Origin: a bacterium
GTDB taxonomy: Bacteria > Actinomycetota > Acidimicrobiia > Spongiisociales > JAENVV01
Reading direction: 5' to 3'
NCBI GenBank assembly: GCA_024641305.1
Contig: JAHEDI010000007.1
Coordinates: forward strand, 11,142 to 75,141
DNA: 64,000 nucleotides
Shown: positions 28,750-37,312 of the stretch, one piece after another
Layout of the letters: each line of letters starts with the position of its first letter
How positions within the stretch are numbered: position 1 is the first letter of the stretch
Notes under the pieces: model-generated
What the model was told of the DNA's origin: nothing
What the model saw: the letters and a program-made list of their open reading frames with translations, nothing else
Databases searched by the model: none
Translations under genes and position numbers: made by a program

Positions 28750-28781
28750 CCGAGTGACGCCCCGGTCGGGGCGTCACTCGG
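28750..28781. terminator. Bidirectional terminator hairpin between convergent genes
   Basis: CCGAGTGACGCCCC-GGTC-GGGGCGTCACTCGG, 14-bp perfect stem. Confidence 0.85.
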
Positions 28782-28796
28782 GACTTCAGTTGCAAC

Positions 28797-29795
28797 TCAG
28801 GCTTGGGAGCAGATCGTATCCGTGATCAACTGGGTCACCACGTATGGGTCACAGTTGGCATTAGGACGCCGATCCTCGATGTAGCCTTTTCCTTCCTTGG
28901 CGACCTGCCAGGGAATCCGCACCGAGGCGCCCCGATTGGAGACGCCATAGGAGTACTCAGTCCACGGAGCTGTCTCATGGAGTCCGGTCAGACGGTGCTC
29001 AATATCGGCGCCGTAGCTGGCAATGTGTTCTTGGGCCTTGGTTCCGAGTGCCTCACAGGCCGCGATGATCGGCTCGTAGCTTTCGCGCATTTGCTTGGTA
29101 GAGAAGTTGGTGTGAGCGCCCGCTCCGTTCCAGTCACCCTTGACCGGCTTGGGGTCGAGAGTGGCCGCTATGCCGAAGTCTTCGGCAGTCCGGTATAGCA
29201 ACCAGCGGGCCAGCCACAAGTGATCGGAGGCGGCCACCGGCGACAGCGGGCCGATCTGGAACTCCCATTGCCCGATCATGACCTCGGCGTTGGTGCCCGA
29301 TATCCCGATTCCAGCGTCCATGCAATTCTTGGTATGGGCCTCGACCACATCGCGCCCATAGATCTCATCGTCGCCCACCCCGCAGTAGTAACCGCCTTGG
29401 GGAGCGGGGTAACCGTGCGTCGGCCAACCGTGTACCCGTCCATCCTTGAAGAACGTGTATTCCTGCTCGATACCAAACCACGGCTCGAAACTGGCATACT
29501 TCGTCTCGGTCGCCAGACAGGCTGCTCTGGTGTTGGTTGGGTGCGGTTCCATGTCAACCGTCAAAACCTCACACAGAACCAACACATCGTTACCGCCCCG
29601 AATCGGGTCGGGAACCGACAAGACGGGCCGCAGAACGCAGTCGGAGTTCTTGCCAGGTGCCTGGTTGGTCGATGAACCATCAAAACCCCAGATGGGCAGC
29701 TCTTCGCCGTCCTGAAGGACCCGGGTCTTCGAACGTAGCTTCGAGGTCGGTATAGATCCATCGATCCAAATGTACTCAGCTCTGAAAGTCATCAT
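28797..29795 (-). CDS. glnII: Glutamine synthetase type II
   Basis: AEYIWIDG, LRSKTR, WGFDGSSTNQAPG, FGIEQEY, QWEFQIGP, DWNGAGAH and EDRRP motifs; 332 aa. Confidence 0.95.
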   Translation of the reverse strand: MMTFRAEYIWIDGSIPTSKLRSKTRVLQDGEELPIWGFDGSSTNQAPGKNSDCVLRPVLSVPDPIRGGNDVLVLCEVLTVDMEPHPTNTRAACLATETKYASFEPWFGIEQEYTFFKDGRVHGWPTHGYPAPQGGYYCGVGDDEIYGRDVVEAHTKNCMDAGIGISGTNAEVMIGQWEFQIGPLSPVAASDHLWLARWLLYRTAEDFGIAATLDPKPVKGDWNGAGAHTNFSTKQMRESYEPIIAACEALGTKAQEHIASYGADIEHRLTGLHETAPWTEYSYGVSNRGASVRIPWQVAKEGKGYIEDRRPNANCDPYVVTQLITDTICSQA

Positions 29796-29849
29796 TACCT
29801 CACGATTGTCGGCAAAACGAACCTGATAAACCCAGCGTCCCAGGGTGCC

Positions 29850-29887
29850 GTTTCTTCGCCGTTACCCAAATGTGAACGCTGCGTTAA
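29850..29887 (-). promoter_or_regulatory. GlnR operator (four direct repeats, 11-bp period) upstream of glnII
   Basis: Minus strand TTAAC-n6-TTCAC-n6-GTAAC-n6-GAAAC, matching the actinobacterial gTnAc-n6-GaAAc box. Confidence 0.8.
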
Positions 29888-30020
29888 CTCAAAACAGACG
29901 GTGCCTGCCTCTCGATCCCGAAAACCGCCCGCCTGGTGGGAGTGTATCGCTCCCGACCACCCGCCGCGTTTACCCGCCCGGCCTATTGCGACCATCAATA
30001 TCGCGCTACCGTAACGGACC

Positions 30021-31352
30021 ATGAGCGCCGACAAACAAGCCGAGTACGTTCTCCAAACCGTCGCCAAACGCGGCATCCGGTTTATCCGCCTGTGGTTCAC
30101 CGACGTACAGGGGTTTCTTAAATCAGTGGCCATAAGCCCGGCAGAGCTGGAAACGGCTCTTACCGAGGGAATGACCTTCGACGGATCGTCGATCGACGGG
30201 TACGCCAGGGTTCACGAAGCCGACATGATCGCCAAACCGGATCCGACCACATTCCAGATCTTGCCGTGGCGAGAACCAGAAGGCGTCGCCCGGATCTTTT
30301 GCGACATTCATCACACCGACGGCACTCCATTCGCCGGCGATCCTCGCAATGTACTGCGCCGGAACCTCCGGGAAGCCAACGAGCTTGGCTATTCGTTCTA
30401 TGTGGCGCCAGAGTTGGAGTTCTTCTACTTTGCCGATTCAGGTCCTGAACCCAAGGTACTCGACCACGGCGGCTATTTCGACCTCACCCCGCTCGACACC
30501 GCCCAGGAGTACCGGCGGACCACCATCGAACACCTCGAGAAGTTGGGAATTCCAGTCGAGCAGTCACATCACGAGGTGGCCCCGTCCCAGCATGAGATCA
30601 CCCTCAGGTACGACGATGCCATGGCCATGGCCGACAACGTCATGTCATATCGGCTTACCGTCAAAGAAGTGGCCCTGGCCCATGGCATCTACGCCACGTT
30701 CATGCCCAAGCCCCTTGAAGATCATGATGGTTCGGGCTTCCACACCCACATGTCACTCTTCGAGGGCGACCAGAACATCTTCTATTCTGCCGAATCCGAG
30801 AACGGTTTGAGCCCGACCGCCGAGGCCTTCATTGCCGGTCTGGTCCATCACGCTCCGGCGATGACAGCCATTACGAACCAGTGGGTCAACTCCTATAAGC
30901 GCCTGGTCGCCGGATTCGAAGCGCCCATCTACGCATTCTGGGCACGCAACAACCAATCGGCCCTCGTCAGGGTCCCCACCATCAAAGCTGGTAAAGCTTC
31001 CTCGACCAGAGTCGAATACCGGTCTCCAGACGCGGCGACCAACCCCTACCTGACGTTCTCGGTTCTGCTCGCCGCCGGCCTCGATGGCATACGCAACGGC
31101 CTCACGCTTCCCGATGAGTTGGGGAAGAACGTCTTCGAGATGAGCGCCAATGAGAGACGTCAACTCGGCATCCGGCGTCTGCCCGAGACGTTATCGCACG
31201 CCCTTGACGAACTCGAGCAGTCTGAATTGATGAATCAGGCCCTCGGCGACCACGTCTTTGACTGGTTCCTACGCAACAAACGCAAGGAATGGGATGCATA
31301 CCAGCACCATGTCTCCCGTTTCGAACTTGAGCGATACCTTCCAATCCTGTGA
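30021..31352 (+). CDS. glnA2: Glutamine synthetase type I-like, GlnA2 subfamily
   Basis: KQAEYVLQTV..IRFIRLWFTDVQGFLKSV N-terminus; FDGSSI, HHEVAPSQHE, TFMPKP, NSYKRL and RVEYRSPD motifs. Confidence 0.85.
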   Translation: MSADKQAEYVLQTVAKRGIRFIRLWFTDVQGFLKSVAISPAELETALTEGMTFDGSSIDGYARVHEADMIAKPDPTTFQILPWREPEGVARIFCDIHHTDGTPFAGDPRNVLRRNLREANELGYSFYVAPELEFFYFADSGPEPKVLDHGGYFDLTPLDTAQEYRRTTIEHLEKLGIPVEQSHHEVAPSQHEITLRYDDAMAMADNVMSYRLTVKEVALAHGIYATFMPKPLEDHDGSGFHTHMSLFEGDQNIFYSAESENGLSPTAEAFIAGLVHHAPAMTAITNQWVNSYKRLVAGFEAPIYAFWARNNQSALVRVPTIKAGKASSTRVEYRSPDAATNPYLTFSVLLAAGLDGIRNGLTLPDELGKNVFEMSANERRQLGIRRLPETLSHALDELEQSELMNQALGDHVFDWFLRNKRKEWDAYQHHVSRFELERYLPIL

Positions 31353-31993
31353 ATGGTTTGGCGCTCTTTCCGGCCTCACCTAGCGCTGAGCTGGCCTCCG
31401 CCCTGCGATCCGCCGCCCTCGAACCGATCCTCTTGACGACCGAGGACCTTGACAAGACCGAAGAGGCAGCCAACTGGTCGCTCGTAATCATCGAACTGGG
31501 CGACGAACCCCTGCGCCGCCTGCGCAACGCCAGGCGACTCCAGGACGACACAGGTGTACCGATCATCCTGGCCGTTCAAAAAGACCAGATCGCGCTGATC
31601 ATGGACGAAGGCTTGACCCTGGCCGACTTCATCGTGCTGCCCGCCGAACCTCTGGAATTACGAGCCCGGGTGAGGAGACTGGCCGCCACGCTCACGACCG
31701 AGGAGATACTCCGCTACCGCGACCTGGAGCTGAACACCGCAACCTATCAGGCGATGATCGCTGACCGGCCCGCCGACCTGACGTACATGGAATATGAACT
31801 GCTCCGGTTTTTTGTTGAAAACCCCAGCCGGGTCTGGAGCCGGGAACAACTTCTGTCCAAAGTATGGGGATACGAGTATTACGGGGGGGCGCGGACGGTC
31901 GACGTCCACGTTCGTCGGCTCCGGTCAAAGATCGGCGAACAACGAGCCGCCTGGATTACCACCGTGCGTTCGGTCGGCTACCGCTTCGGCTAG
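31349..31993 (+). CDS. glnR: GlnR-like OmpR-family regulator with atypical receiver
   Basis: DLTYMEYELL and VWGYEYYGGARTVDVHVRRLRSK motifs; GTGA-coupled to glnA2; GlnR boxes nearby. Confidence 0.75.
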   Translation: MNGLALFPASPSAELASALRSAALEPILLTTEDLDKTEEAANWSLVIIELGDEPLRRLRNARRLQDDTGVPIILAVQKDQIALIMDEGLTLADFIVLPAEPLELRARVRRLAATLTTEEILRYRDLELNTATYQAMIADRPADLTYMEYELLRFFVENPSRVWSREQLLSKVWGYEYYGGARTVDVHVRRLRSKIGEQRAAWITTVRSVGYRFG

Positions 31994-34900
31994 TGGCGGC
32001 CCAGCATTCGGGTGAACCCGTCGACCCAGTGTGACGGCATCGTTCCCAGAGCAGTCCGGATCAATCGGTCGGCCCCATCGGCCACCATGTCGTCAACCGG
32101 CGCCCCTTGCGCTCGCAGGACTGCCACAGCCCGCCCGGCAGCCGCGGCCAGACCAAGCTCAACTGCCAACTCGGCAGCCTGGCGTCCCGACTTCGGGTCG
32201 GAATGGCTGTGACTTTGGGCGACGAGAAGATCAACCGCCGCCTCATCCCACCCGGCGGCCTGCAGGTCTTGGACGAGTTGCTCGGCTTCATGTCCTATCG
32301 GAACCCCGCGTTCGCACTCAATAAGATGGCTGAGGGCTTGGCACATCAATCTCCACCGGTAGCCATCGACACCACCCGGACAGGTATCGAGGGCGTTGGC
32401 AACCTCGTCGGCCGCGGCATCGGGTGCTCCGTTGACCAGATGGGCCTTGGCCATGAGGAACCGAGCAGAGTTCTCCCAGGCAGGGAGCTGTTGCAATACG
32501 AGTCCCAACATCTCCTTGGCAGCTTCCAATGAGTCGTGGCCGTGCCCGAACATCGCGGCTCCTTCTGCCTTGGCCATATAGGCCAGGAAGATCGGGCCGA
32601 CGTCGCCGGTTCGAGTCGCCAATTTGATCGACTTGTCTGCGGCAACATTCGCCTCGTCGATGCGCCCGAGCCGAAACAACGATCTCGATTGCCAGGCGAG
32701 AAGATCCGCCACGCGGGCGTCCGATCCGTCCAGCAGCCTGTCCAGAAGTTTCGCAAAGCTGGCTTCTGCATTCCGGACCTGTCCGCGATCGACTTCAATC
32801 CAGGCCTGGTTATAGGCGGCTAAAAACCTCTGATGCGGCTCTCCAATGGTCGACAGAACCTGCTGGCTTCGTACCGAGGCATCGTTGGCTTCACGCGGAT
32901 ATCCGAGCCTATTGAGAACCTGAGCCTGCAACGACAAGAGCGAAGCAGCCTTGGCAGGCGCTTGGAACTTGACGGCTAGGAGTTGGCCGACGCTCGACAT
33001 CCACTCGGCAGCAGAAGGGTTTTGGCGATCCGACGCCACCTGAGCGGCCCATCCCCAGGCGTCCACGCTCTCCAGTCCTTCGGCGTGCGCGGTCGCCTCT
33101 TGAATCGCCAGGCCGGCAAGTTGGGGCCAACCCGCCAGTCGATGACACGCCGCCAGCGAAAGATGGACATGACCCCACCGTGGGCCACCGATCTCGCCAA
33201 GCGTCACCATCGATCGCACCGCCGCCTCAAGTAACGGCTGGGCCTCCGACAAGTTCTGCCGAGACATGGAACGGTCTGCGGCCGAGATCAGGCTTGCCAC
33301 CGCAAGTTCGGATTCGCCCCCCACCGCGGCTACGAAGCCGAACGGTCCCTCGTCGGCTGGTTCGACCTGACCGTTCCAGGCGACGATCAGCGACCCAGCA
33401 ACCGCTTGGCGCCTCGTCGGGCCGATCCGCTCAGACAAGCGACCAGACGACAGTGCCGGACTAAGCGTGATGCCACGGTCTGATTCCTCGAGAAACCCTG
33501 CCGCCACCAACCGATCAACCGGGCTGACCGCATCCAGGGGCGATTCACCGATCAAACGAGCGACCACTCGCAAGGGAAGGACTGAACCGGCCACCGAACA
33601 AGCTTCGACAATCAGCCGGTCATTGGCGTCGAGAGCGGCCACTTGAGCGCCGAGCGGCTGGACCAGATCTTCAGGAAAACCCCCTCCGGCAAAGGACATG
33701 TGGCCATTTTTCAGGACGAGCAATTCCCGATCACGTAACACACCGAGCAATCGAGTCAACTCGTAGGAGTTTCCATTCGTCTGTTCATACAACCACTCGG
33801 CGAAACCCGGATCGGCCACGTCGGCGATTTCGGACCGACTAACCCGATCAACCACCAGGTCGACGGTGGTCGCACCCTGACCGATCGATTCGAGCACTTG
33901 TCCGGACCGACCGGTGAGGGGTATCTGACCAAACACAACGAGGATCGGTCGCCCCGATCGTAGCCGCAGGCCGATTCGGGCCAGGAACCCGGGATTTGCA
34001 TGGTGGGCAGACTGCACGATCAACGAAGTCGGGCTCCCTGATACTGAGGAGATCTGCTCGCCAAGGGGTCCGGCCGACTCGGGTGCCTCAAATGCTCGAA
34101 CGCGCAGTACCTCAAGCCCGGCCCCTTCGCTCAATGCAGCGGCTTCGTCCAGCAAGCTGCCAACCCCGGCCTCCGGTTCGCCAATCACCCGCACCAAAAC
34201 CGCTCCGCCCGCCTGGGCCAGAGCCACCGCCTCGGACAGGGCCGCCAGATGGCGACCCCGACCGATCAGTGGAAGGTCGGCCAGACTTCCTACCGGTCGC
34301 TGCGGTATCTGCAGGGAGGGATCCTGATTGAGGATCTGAACCTCAAGATGTTGCAGGTCGGGTCCCGGATCGATGCCCAGCTCGTCGAGAAGGGACTCGG
34401 CGGCGGTTCGATATGCCCGCAGTGCGTCGCCTTGCCGACCGCTCCGATAGAGTGCAAGCATCAGCTGGCGGTGAAGTCGCTCACGGTACGGATACCGGTC
34501 AACCAGGGCTTCTAGCTCCGGCACCAATTGATCATGCTCACCGAGTGCCAACCGGGCATCGACAAGACCTTCAGTCGCTGCAATGCGCTCCTCGGTAAGC
34601 CGGGCGACAGTCGGGGCGGCAAAGGACTCGTAAGCGAAGTCGGCTACCGCCTCTCCCTTCCACAAGTCCAGCGCGGCCCGCAGTTGAGTAGCCGCCAGGC
34701 CAGGGTCTCCGCGTTCAAGTGCCAGGCGTCCATCGGCCGCGGTGCGGCTGAAGACGCTCGCGTCGACTTGCCCATCGCGGACTCGCAACAGGTAGCCCGG
34801 CCGGCGAGTAAGAACAGTCGTCGGCTTCTGGTGCTTCTCCAGGTCTGGCTCAAGCGTCTTGCGGAGTCGACTGATATAGACCTGGATGATGTTGTTGGCG

Positions 34901-35073
34901 GTCTCGGGAGGCTCGTCTTCCCACAGCGAATCGACGATTCGATCGGTCGACACGACTTCATTGCCGTTCAGTACCAGAAGTGCGAGTAGGGCGCGCTGCC
35001 TATCACCGCCCAGGGCTAACGAGCGGCCATCCTCGCCAAAACCCTCGAATGGTCCCAGAAGCTGATATCGCAC
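31990..35073 (-). CDS. AfsR/SARP-family regulator (wHTH-BTAD-degenerate ATPase-TPR)
   Basis: LLGP, QRALLALL, YISRLRK, YPYRERL..LMLALYRSGRQGDAL and ELGIDPGP motifs; TAGAAT box upstream. Confidence 0.88.
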   Translation of the reverse strand: MRYQLLGPFEGFGEDGRSLALGGDRQRALLALLVLNGNEVVSTDRIVDSLWEDEPPETANNIIQVYISRLRKTLEPDLEKHQKPTTVLTRRPGYLLRVRDGQVDASVFSRTAADGRLALERGDPGLAATQLRAALDLWKGEAVADFAYESFAAPTVARLTEERIAATEGLVDARLALGEHDQLVPELEALVDRYPYRERLHRQLMLALYRSGRQGDALRAYRTAAESLLDELGIDPGPDLQHLEVQILNQDPSLQIPQRPVGSLADLPLIGRGRHLAALSEAVALAQAGGAVLVRVIGEPEAGVGSLLDEAAALSEGAGLEVLRVRAFEAPESAGPLGEQISSVSGSPTSLIVQSAHHANPGFLARIGLRLRSGRPILVVFGQIPLTGRSGQVLESIGQGATTVDLVVDRVSRSEIADVADPGFAEWLYEQTNGNSYELTRLLGVLRDRELLVLKNGHMSFAGGGFPEDLVQPLGAQVAALDANDRLIVEACSVAGSVLPLRVVARLIGESPLDAVSPVDRLVAAGFLEESDRGITLSPALSSGRLSERIGPTRRQAVAGSLIVAWNGQVEPADEGPFGFVAAVGGESELAVASLISAADRSMSRQNLSEAQPLLEAAVRSMVTLGEIGGPRWGHVHLSLAACHRLAGWPQLAGLAIQEATAHAEGLESVDAWGWAAQVASDRQNPSAAEWMSSVGQLLAVKFQAPAKAASLLSLQAQVLNRLGYPREANDASVRSQQVLSTIGEPHQRFLAAYNQAWIEVDRGQVRNAEASFAKLLDRLLDGSDARVADLLAWQSRSLFRLGRIDEANVAADKSIKLATRTGDVGPIFLAYMAKAEGAAMFGHGHDSLEAAKEMLGLVLQQLPAWENSARFLMAKAHLVNGAPDAAADEVANALDTCPGGVDGYRWRLMCQALSHLIECERGVPIGHEAEQLVQDLQAAGWDEAAVDLLVAQSHSHSDPKSGRQAAELAVELGLAAAAGRAVAVLRAQGAPVDDMVADGADRLIRTALGTMPSHWVDGFTRMLGRH

Positions 35074-35101
35074 GCCGGGCCGATTCTACCCGAGGGTCGG
35101 T

Positions 35102-35488
35102 TCAGGGGCGGAGGGCGATTAGCTCGATCTCGACGAGGAATCCACCCGGCAGGTTGGCTACTTCGACCGCGGAACGGGCCGGCGGCGTTTGACCCATGTA
35201 GGTGCCATACACCTCGTTGACAGACGCATAGTCGTTGATGTCTTTGAGAAAGATCGTCGTCTTGACAATCGCATCGGTCGTCAGGTCGAGATCGCCAAGA
35301 ATCGCCACGATGTTGTTCATGACTTGCCGGGTTTGGCCAACAACATCAAGCGCGGTCAGTCGTTCGCTGGTCTGCGGATCGAGGGCGACCTGACCTGAAA
35401 AGAACACGAACCCGTTGGCTTCGACGACCGCAGAATACGGACCCATCGCGGCGGGGGCACTGGGTACGGTGGGGATCTGTTTACTCAC
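35102..35488 (-). CDS. RidA/YjgF family enamine deaminase
   Basis: GPYS, SGQV, VKTTIFL, PPARSAV and VEIE motifs. Confidence 0.93.
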   Translation of the reverse strand: MSKQIPTVPSAPAAMGPYSAVVEANGFVFFSGQVALDPQTSERLTALDVVGQTRQVMNNIVAILGDLDLTTDAIVKTTIFLKDINDYASVNEVYGTYMGQTPPARSAVEVANLPGGFLVEIELIALRP

Positions 35489-35847
35489 GAGAACGAATTA
35501 CCGCAGCCACAACTCTTCGTGACGTTCGGATTGTCCATGGCAAAGCCGGCACCCATGAGTCCATCTTTGTAATCAAGGGTCGAGCCCCTCAACATCTCGA
35601 CGCTCTGTGAGTCGACGGCGATCCGAACACCAGCCCCGAAGTCTTCTACGACGTCATCGGGTTCCAACTCGGCATCAAAGAACATCTCATACGAGAAGCC
35701 TGAGCATCCACCCGGGCGGACGGCCACGCGCAATGCCAAAGCAGGATCTCCTTCTTCGGCGAGCAGGACGGCGAGCTTGCCGATGGCGGGTTCCGTTAGG
35801 TTCACAGCTCGAGCTGGCTTGGACGACTTGATCGTGAGGCCTTGCAC
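35485..35847 (-). CDS. A-type Fe-S carrier (IscA/ErpA/HesB); start corrected to GTG 35847
   Basis: GGCSGFSY and NPN..SCGCGNSF motifs; SD AAGGAG. Confidence 0.93.
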   Translation of the reverse strand: MQGLTIKSSKPARAVNLTEPAIGKLAVLLAEEGDPALALRVAVRPGGCSGFSYEMFFDAELEPDDVVEDFGAGVRIAVDSQSVEMLRGSTLDYKDGLMGAGFAMDNPNVTKSCGCGNSFS

Positions 35848-35864
35848 GTTTGACTCCTTCAACA

Positions 35865-35878
35865 ACTGATGCATCAGT
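35865..35878. promoter_or_regulatory. Perfect 14-bp palindrome overlapping the iscA -10 box and transcription start
   Basis: ACTGATGCATCAGT; minus-strand TATACT overlaps its edge. Confidence 0.5.
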
Positions 35879-35936
35879 ATAGGTTGTCGCAAGCTCAACC
35901 GGTCAGCTACTTGTGCCGAGCGCGTACTATGGCCCC

Positions 35937-37082
35937 ATGCCGACCAGATCCGACGTCATGGAGACACTCAAGGGTGTCATCGATCCAGAATTGGGAAGCG
36001 ACCTCGTAGACCTGGGAATGATCCAGGACGTCCACGTGAGTGCCGAAGGGGTCGTCACGATCGATCTAGCCCTCACCATCGCCGAATGCCCGATGCGAAA
36101 CCAAATCGAATCTGACACTACCCGTAAGGTCGGGTCCCTGCCCGGGGTCACCCGGGTCGAGATTCGAACGACCGCCATGACCAAGCAGCAACGAGCCGAC
36201 CTGATGTCGACCGCCCGTTTTCGGGTCAGGGAGCGGGCTGAGCCGACCAAGCTGTCGCCGACGACCAGGGTGATCGCGGTGAGTTCGGGCAAGGGCGGAG
36301 TCGGAAAGTCATCGGCCAGTACCAACCTGGCACTCGCCACCGCCGCCATGGGATATCGGGTCGGATTGCTTGACGCCGATATTTGGGGTTTCTCGATTCC
36401 ACGAATGCTCAACATCACGGAACGAATCACCGCCAACGAGGAACGGAATCTGGTTCCGGTGGAAGCCTACGGGCTCAAAGTGGTGTCGACCGGACTCATT
36501 GTCGAGTCCGAGGAGACCGCCCTCATGTGGCGGGGCCTTATGCTGTCAAAGGCCCTCGAGCAGTTCCTCAAACAAGTGGAGTGGGGGGAACTCGACTACC
36601 TCTTCCTCGATATGCCGCCGGGGACCGGTGATGTCCAGATGGCTCTCACCCGACTCCTTCCCCAGGCCGAGATGATCGTGGTGACCACCCCCCAACAAGC
36701 CGCCCAAAAGGTCGCCATCCGGGTCGCCGACATGGCCCGTCGCTCGTTCATGCCGGTGGTTGGGGCACTCGAGAACATGACGCACTTCGTGTGCGACCAC
36801 GGGGATATCTACGAATTGTTCGGATCCGGCGGTGGGGCGGAACTCGCCGAGGTTCTCAACGTCCCCCTCATCGGTTCGATCCCGATCGACCCGCAGATGG
36901 TCGCAGGCGGTGACAACGGGTTACCGGTTGTCGTTCACGCCCCCGACAGTCCCTCCGGCCGAGCGTTTCGAGAAGCGGCCGCCCGACTGATCGAAATCGT
37001 GCCGCCCGCCCAGGACGAAACCTGCACCGGACGAATCGCCAAGTTGCTCGAAGCGCTACCAGTAACTAGTCACTCCGAGTAA
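35937..37082 (+). CDS. mrp: Mrp/NBP35 (ApbC) Fe-S carrier ATPase with DUF59 domain
   Basis: VIDPELG, SGKGGVGKS, DADIWG, DMPPGTGD, VVTTPQ and ENM motifs; TACTAT box 6 nt before ATG 35937. Confidence 0.93.
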   Translation: MPTRSDVMETLKGVIDPELGSDLVDLGMIQDVHVSAEGVVTIDLALTIAECPMRNQIESDTTRKVGSLPGVTRVEIRTTAMTKQQRADLMSTARFRVRERAEPTKLSPTTRVIAVSSGKGGVGKSSASTNLALATAAMGYRVGLLDADIWGFSIPRMLNITERITANEERNLVPVEAYGLKVVSTGLIVESEETALMWRGLMLSKALEQFLKQVEWGELDYLFLDMPPGTGDVQMALTRLLPQAEMIVVTTPQQAAQKVAIRVADMARRSFMPVVGALENMTHFVCDHGDIYELFGSGGGAELAEVLNVPLIGSIPIDPQMVAGGDNGLPVVVHAPDSPSGRAFREAAARLIEIVPPAQDETCTGRIAKLLEALPVTSHSE

Positions 37083-37096
37083 CTTCTAAACCGCCC

Positions 37097-37125
37097 CCAA
37101 GTTAACCGGCCCTCCTGACCGATAT
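37097..37125 (+). promoter_or_regulatory. Possible sigma28/WhiG-type promoter for the downstream RNA
   Basis: CCAAG-N16-ACCGATAT. Confidence 0.4.
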
Positions 37126-37139
37126 AAGAAAAGAACGTG

Positions 37140-37312
37140 CCAAAGGAACCAGGGACCGGTTGGGAGTCATCCGAAGAGATGCTCCCCCTCCGGAGCTCTC
37201 AAGAAACAGTGAAGGACCGATCCTCCGTTATCGGTCCTTCACTCGTTTTGGATGCTGGCCGCCGTGCAACGCCAGACTCCCTGACTCAACAACGCGTCAG
37301 GACCGGGTTCAA
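37140..37312 (+). ncRNA. Candidate Ms1-like structured RNA
   Basis: Helices 37146-50/37306-10, 37156-60/37302-06, 37162-68/37275-81, 37168-75/37247-54, hairpin 37176-37200, perfect 14-bp hairpin 37208-21/37230-43, and hairpins 37255-75 and 37280-301; lies between convergent genes. Confidence 0.65.

Noticed and set aside
35485-35847. HesB-like selenoprotein
   Set aside because: All three conserved positions are Cys codons with no in-frame TGA.
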